Shown here: in pieces, positions 6,658-10,151 of the stretch
How the letters are laid out: each line of letters opens with the position of its first letter
How positions within the stretch are numbered: position 1 is the stretch's first letter
Virus genome (UHGV): UHGV-0767307
Origin: a virus
Length of the DNA stretch: 10,151 bases
Strand: one strand, 5' to 3'
Made by a program: the position numbers and the translations under genes
Notes under the pieces: model-generated
What the model saw: the letters and a program-made list of their open reading frames with translations, nothing else
What the model was told of the DNA's origin: nothing
The model's database searches: none

Positions 6658-9404
6658 TATTTGCCCCCTGCGTATATATTGCTCGGAAGGTAATTGGCTG
6701 AACCATAACCGAATGGTTTGGTCAGATCTGGAGGAGTATATCCATCTTTATTGCTGAACTGCGGCAGCGGATTGCCTTCTCTCCGCACTCTAGCCTCATC
6801 AACACGTTGTTGCTGGAACTGAATGGTTTGCCTGTACATTGGAGATGTCAGCTGATCCGGCTTGAAACGAACAGGGAGACCATTTTCTCCAATATAATTT
6901 CTCGGTTCTATCGCTCCGTTTGCGTCAGGCTGTAAAACCATAACAGCATAACTCCTATCCCTTGCCGTAAGGCCATCAGAAACAAGTATTAAGTCCGTAT
7001 CACTGCGAGGACCGCCAAAGGATTTTGATTTAAGCTCGCGTTTTTCCTGCTCCCACTGCCCCTGTATCCAGTTACCAGCACCATTATTTACTCCGTACAA
7101 TGCCTCAGGTGCATACTTCATAACCTCTGCTTTGCCATTAACCGTAGAAACTCCCCAGGTGGTTCTGATCATGGCATTGGTCATTTTCTCAGCCTGTTCT
7201 GCATCGCCACCTGTCTGTACAAAGTTAGCATCGTAAATTGTCTGGTAATCTCGCTGATAGGCCGCATTTGATTTTCCTGGATCGGTAATATCCGGAGACC
7301 ACGAACCAAAGGAAGTCAGACTGCTGGCGTTATTTTGTGCAGCAGTTGCCCTCGCCGCGACATATTTTTTGTCTCGCATGGCAGTGGAAAGCATCTGTTT
7401 CATTCGGTCATCCTGTTGGAACACCTGGCTGTAAGCCATATCAACAGCCTTATCCTCCGGCACGCCAGCGCGGGAATAATCGTAAACCTTGCCGTAAAAT
7501 GCCATCGTACTTTTATCAAGTGTTGCCGCTGCCGCCGGATTATTATCGAATAACTGACCGTAGAATTTTGCCATCGGGACAACCAGCGCAGGATCTCTTG
7601 ATGTTGCTCCACTGTTAAGCATTGTTTTAACCTGAGTTGGTATCATGCCGCTTTTAGTTGTGACGGTGACCAGTGTATTGATGCTCTGCGGATCAGATAT
7701 GGAAAACGAAGGCGCGATATCCTGCGCGAAATAACGGTCTACCGCTGCCTGATTGTTTTTGTCGTTCGGGTCCAGCGGGAAGTTATTTTGCATTGAAGAC
7801 ACGAACCTGTTTCTTCCCTGCTGAATCTCCCACTCCCTATCCATCTCTTTAAATTTGGCCTGCATTTTCTCCCAGCGTTGCTGGTTAGCTGCAAATCCAG
7901 GAGCGTTTGGATCCTGTGGACGTAAACGTTCAAGAATGTCTTGTCGTCCTTCTGGAGTGAGGTCTTTAGCGGCACCAATGACACCTCCATATTGTATCTG
8001 CGCCTGCATATCCTTCCACTTCATAGCGCCAATGCGCGGACCATTGGCCCGGATAAAATCGTCCTCAGAAGGTAACTTCTCAGGTTTCAATCCTTCATCA
8101 AGGGCTGAATATGCATCTTTAACTACGGTGCTAAGCTGGTCCGCATACTGCTGGCGGTACTGATTTCTCAGCTCATTAGCCTGCCTCAATGCCTGTATTT
8201 GCATTTGAGGGCTCATAGCATCAAATGCCGCATTGCCCGTATAACGCTTAGGTGAATCAAGGTTAGTTAGACCAAGGGCTGCCGAGATACCAGTTTCAAG
8301 CTGTTCGGTGCTATAAGGCATACTGCCATTTTCGTGTTTAATAATCCCAGCACATAAAGCAGCTAGTGTCTTTGGGTTAGAGATATCAAGCTGATCATTC
8401 TCCCCAACACCAAGCTCACCACACAATGCCCTAATATAAGCATCAGTATTATTACCATCACTAGCCGGAGCATAGCGATTAACAATCTCGCTAACGGTGT
8501 CATAGCCTTGACGCTGGTAAGACAACATATTTTTACCCAACGCGCGGATTCCATGCTCAGGGGTAGCAAACGTTGCAAAACGTCCATCGCTACCGATCTG
8601 ACCTTCCCACGGGTTAGATTTGCTCGCTTCAATATTACCAGGGTTATTATTACGTAAACCACGAGCATCCAATGAATTACCATGTGATATTGCACGACTC
8701 ACACCATCAAGATCCCCTGGCTCTCCATTAACCTGAAGAAACTCGTTGTATTTTTGAGCGATATTTCCTATCCATGCTTGCTGCCCCATTTGTTCCTTGA
8801 GCTGAGTTTTCTGCTGAACACGCCACTCATCAGGAAGCCCATGCGCATCAGCGTATTGATCAATAGATTCAAATCGCTGCTTGGCTAAATCGACAAATGC
8901 TTGGTTATCGCTATATAGCCCCGCAGACTGAGTGACAGCCAATGCATTTCCTGACAAATACGTTTGATCTTGGAATTGCTGAAACTGCCCAACTTCATAT
9001 CGACGTGCCTGATTGTAATAAGACTGCATAGACTGCTGGAGTTGAAAGGATAATTTATTCCTTTCCTCACTTTCAGGAATTGAGCCTAATAATGCCTGAG
9101 CCCTTTCCTGCATATTTTTCATAACAGCGTCACTCTGACCAAGAGCGTTTTTACCCTGTTTAGAAATCAGCCCACTTTCAGGGTTGTTAATCTGGTCATC
9201 TGCAAATTGGTTAAATTGCAGTAACGCCTCCTGGGCCATAGCAACATTCGCTTTCTGCCTGGCTTCACCATATGCCACCGCATACTGATCTGCGACATTC
9301 GCCAGCACCTGACCTGCTTGAGGAACATCGAAGATCTGAAAACCACCGGTTTGCACACCACGACTTTGCACCTGGCGTCCGGATGTAGTAGGAACAACAG
9401 GCAT
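6657..9404 (-). CDS. Large virion protein, 915 aa (internal-virion / ejection-protein-like), with a central conserved-looking RNNNPGNI...W.G module
   Basis: Uninterrupted 2748-nt ORF. The ATG at 9402-9404 overlaps the TGA of the 191-aa gene (TGATG) and is preceded by a perfect AGGAGG (complement of 9410-9415). The stop overlaps the next ATG. The protein is Gln-rich with no recognisable enzymatic motif except the ..GLRNNNPGNIEASKSNPWEGQ..FATF..PEHGIRAL.. segment. The functional call is inferred from size and order. Confidence 0.85.
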   Translation of the reverse strand: MPVVPTTSGRQVQSRGVQTGGFQIFDVPQAGQVLANVADQYAVAYGEARQKANVAMAQEALLQFNQFADDQINNPESGLISKQGKNALGQSDAVMKNMQERAQALLGSIPESEERNKLSFQLQQSMQSYYNQARRYEVGQFQQFQDQTYLSGNALAVTQSAGLYSDNQAFVDLAKQRFESIDQYADAHGLPDEWRVQQKTQLKEQMGQQAWIGNIAQKYNEFLQVNGEPGDLDGVSRAISHGNSLDARGLRNNNPGNIEASKSNPWEGQIGSDGRFATFATPEHGIRALGKNMLSYQRQGYDTVSEIVNRYAPASDGNNTDAYIRALCGELGVGENDQLDISNPKTLAALCAGIIKHENGSMPYSTEQLETGISAALGLTNLDSPKRYTGNAAFDAMSPQMQIQALRQANELRNQYRQQYADQLSTVVKDAYSALDEGLKPEKLPSEDDFIRANGPRIGAMKWKDMQAQIQYGGVIGAAKDLTPEGRQDILERLRPQDPNAPGFAANQQRWEKMQAKFKEMDREWEIQQGRNRFVSSMQNNFPLDPNDKNNQAAVDRYFAQDIAPSFSISDPQSINTLVTVTTKSGMIPTQVKTMLNSGATSRDPALVVPMAKFYGQLFDNNPAAAATLDKSTMAFYGKVYDYSRAGVPEDKAVDMAYSQVFQQDDRMKQMLSTAMRDKKYVAARATAAQNNASSLTSFGSWSPDITDPGKSNAAYQRDYQTIYDANFVQTGGDAEQAEKMTNAMIRTTWGVSTVNGKAEVMKYAPEALYGVNNGAGNWIQGQWEQEKRELKSKSFGGPRSDTDLILVSDGLTARDRSYAVMVLQPDANGAIEPRNYIGENGLPVRFKPDQLTSPMYRQTIQFQQQRVDEARVRREGNPLPQFSNKDGYTPPDLTKPFGYGSANYLPSNIYAGGK

Positions 9405-9979
9405 CAGTAACCTCCTATTTTGAATCGGGAGTCAGAATTCATAAAACCTGAGTTAGATAACATTGGCGTCCCACCACTAGATGTACTTCCTTTAGAGAAC
9501 GGACTCCACGTCCCACCAAACATCTGGTACGCACCGTATGCCTTCAGAGGCGCAGTGAGCAATGTTGTTGCTGCTCCCACATTCCCCTGTTTACGGGCTG
9601 AACTGGCTTCTGCTTTATAGTTGGCAGCCTGAACCTGATAACCGTAAGCCTCGCGTTGCGCGTTATTCACCGTCGTCAGCGAATCAAGAGCGCCAAACTG
9701 GGCAGTGTCGCCAAATATATCCAGCGCGTTACCTGTAGATAAATCAGCGCCGGTAGCCCCCATTGTCGCTGCCTGTGTACCAAGCCGCTGTCGGGTCTCT
9801 CTGCGTCGTTGCTCAGCTTCAGCGTTACCTCTGTTTATTGCATCATTTGCCTGAGCTGTGGCTATATCTGCGTTCGCTTCTGCAACCTTCGAGGCATACT
9901 TTCCCTGTTGGTACTGGGTGTATGCCTGAATGCCACTCATGGCGAGCATTGCGCCACCAGCAATAACCGGATCGCACAT
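9404..9979 (-). CDS. Small virion-associated protein, 191 aa, with N-terminal hydrophobic segment and Ala/Gln-rich helical region
   Basis: ORF with ATG at 9977-9979 preceded by GGAGAG (5-6 nt spacer). N-terminus MCDPVIAGGAMLAMSGIQAY is hydrophobic, followed by an Ala/Gln/Asn-rich stretch and a Gly/Ser-rich C-terminus. Coupled to both neighbours by 1-nt stop/start overlaps. In position and size it is analogous to the small internal virion protein that precedes the two large ones in T7-like podoviruses (inference). Confidence 0.8.
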   Translation of the reverse strand: MCDPVIAGGAMLAMSGIQAYTQYQQGKYASKVAEANADIATAQANDAINRGNAEAEQRRRETRQRLGTQAATMGATGADLSTGNALDIFGDTAQFGALDSLTTVNNAQREAYGYQVQAANYKAEASSARKQGNVGAATTLLTAPLKAYGAYQMFGGTWSPFSKGSTSSGGTPMLSNSGFMNSDSRFKIGGY

Positions 9980-10151
9980 TATTTTCTCTCCATGTGAAAT
10001 CTGTGGAAATTAAGACCAAGAGCACCATAAGGCGCGGCTTCTTCAAGCCTGAATCCAAGCCAGTGCAGCCATGCTTTGGCAACATGGTTTCGCTCGTCGA
10101 CGTAGTTTTCCAGGCGCGGATAAACTGCCAGCATCTGCTGCAATACAGGGC
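9979..10151 (-). CDS. 3' end of an upstream minus-strand gene (last 56 codons; start lies beyond the window); C-terminus has a GNAT-like N..A.......GF motif
   Basis: Frame open from the window edge to TAA (complement of 9979-9981), which overlaps the ATG of the 191-aa gene (TAATG). My manual translation is ..PVLQQMLAVYPRLENYVDERNHVAKAWLHWLGFRLEEAAPYGALGLNFHRFHMERK*. The track misses it because it is under 60 aa from the first Met. The alternative frame (track ORF 9843..10085) is Cys/Trp-rich and overlaps the 191-aa gene, so this frame is preferred. Confidence 0.5.
   Translation of the reverse strand, partial: PVLQQMLAVYPRLENYVDERNHVAKAWLHWLGFRLEEAAPYGALGLNFHRFHMERK

Noticed and set aside
285-9997. 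Numerous 60-110-aa ORFs nested in or antisense to the larger genes (e.g. 285..470, 2165..2377, 2639..2851, 2813..3097, 3684..3923, 4102..4405, 5964..6206, 6095..6693, 7335..7618, 7400..7612, 7739..7990, 7855..8163, 8363..8695, 8885..9070, 9167..9397, 9420..9620, 9763..9997)
   Set aside because: All lie wholly inside or antisense to long, well-supported ORFs, lack ribosome-binding sites, and mostly have Arg/Cys/Ser-rich compositions typical of spurious frames in roughly 50% GC DNA.
9843-10085. 80-aa minus-strand ORF, Cys/Trp-rich, overlapping the start of the 191-aa gene
   Set aside because: It has implausible composition, overlaps a well-supported gene by about 135 nt and has no ribosome-binding site. 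The neighbouring frame that ends at the TAATG junction is the better candidate.
1-10151. tRNA, rRNA, CRISPR array, integrase/att site or insertion-sequence terminal inverted repeats
   Set aside because: I saw no regularly spaced short direct repeats, no cloverleaf-like segment, and no transposase- or integrase-like ORF; nothing in the window supports these.

Overview
This window looks phage- or prophage-derived and falls into three blocks. (1) 1-640, + strand: the 3' part of a Bro-N-like (antirepressor family) gene. Its domain homology runs upstream of its only ATG to an in-frame stop, so it is probably N-terminally truncated or degenerate. (2) About 640-2612: an AT-rich accessory (moron-like) island with four short genes I cannot assign to any family. 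These are a 210-aa protein in a promoter-gene-terminator cassette, a 53-aa Sec-signal peptide, a 149-aa protein on the - strand, and a 146-aa protein with an N-terminal signal or anchor. This island is the best candidate for an undescribed system, possibly superinfection exclusion or defence, but that is inference from position and composition only. (3) 2613-10151, - strand: an operon of translationally coupled genes (partial upstream gene, 191 aa, 915 aa, then a roughly 1129-aa gene) whose sizes, order and composition resemble podovirus internal-virion / DNA-ejection proteins. The largest gene is split by a perfect 655-bp head-to-tail tandem duplication (4757-5411 = 5412-6066) that shifts the frame by +1. 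No rRNA, tRNA or CRISPR array was seen. All functional names come from motifs recalled from memory and from gene context; no database search or computation could be run, and GC values are estimates by eye.
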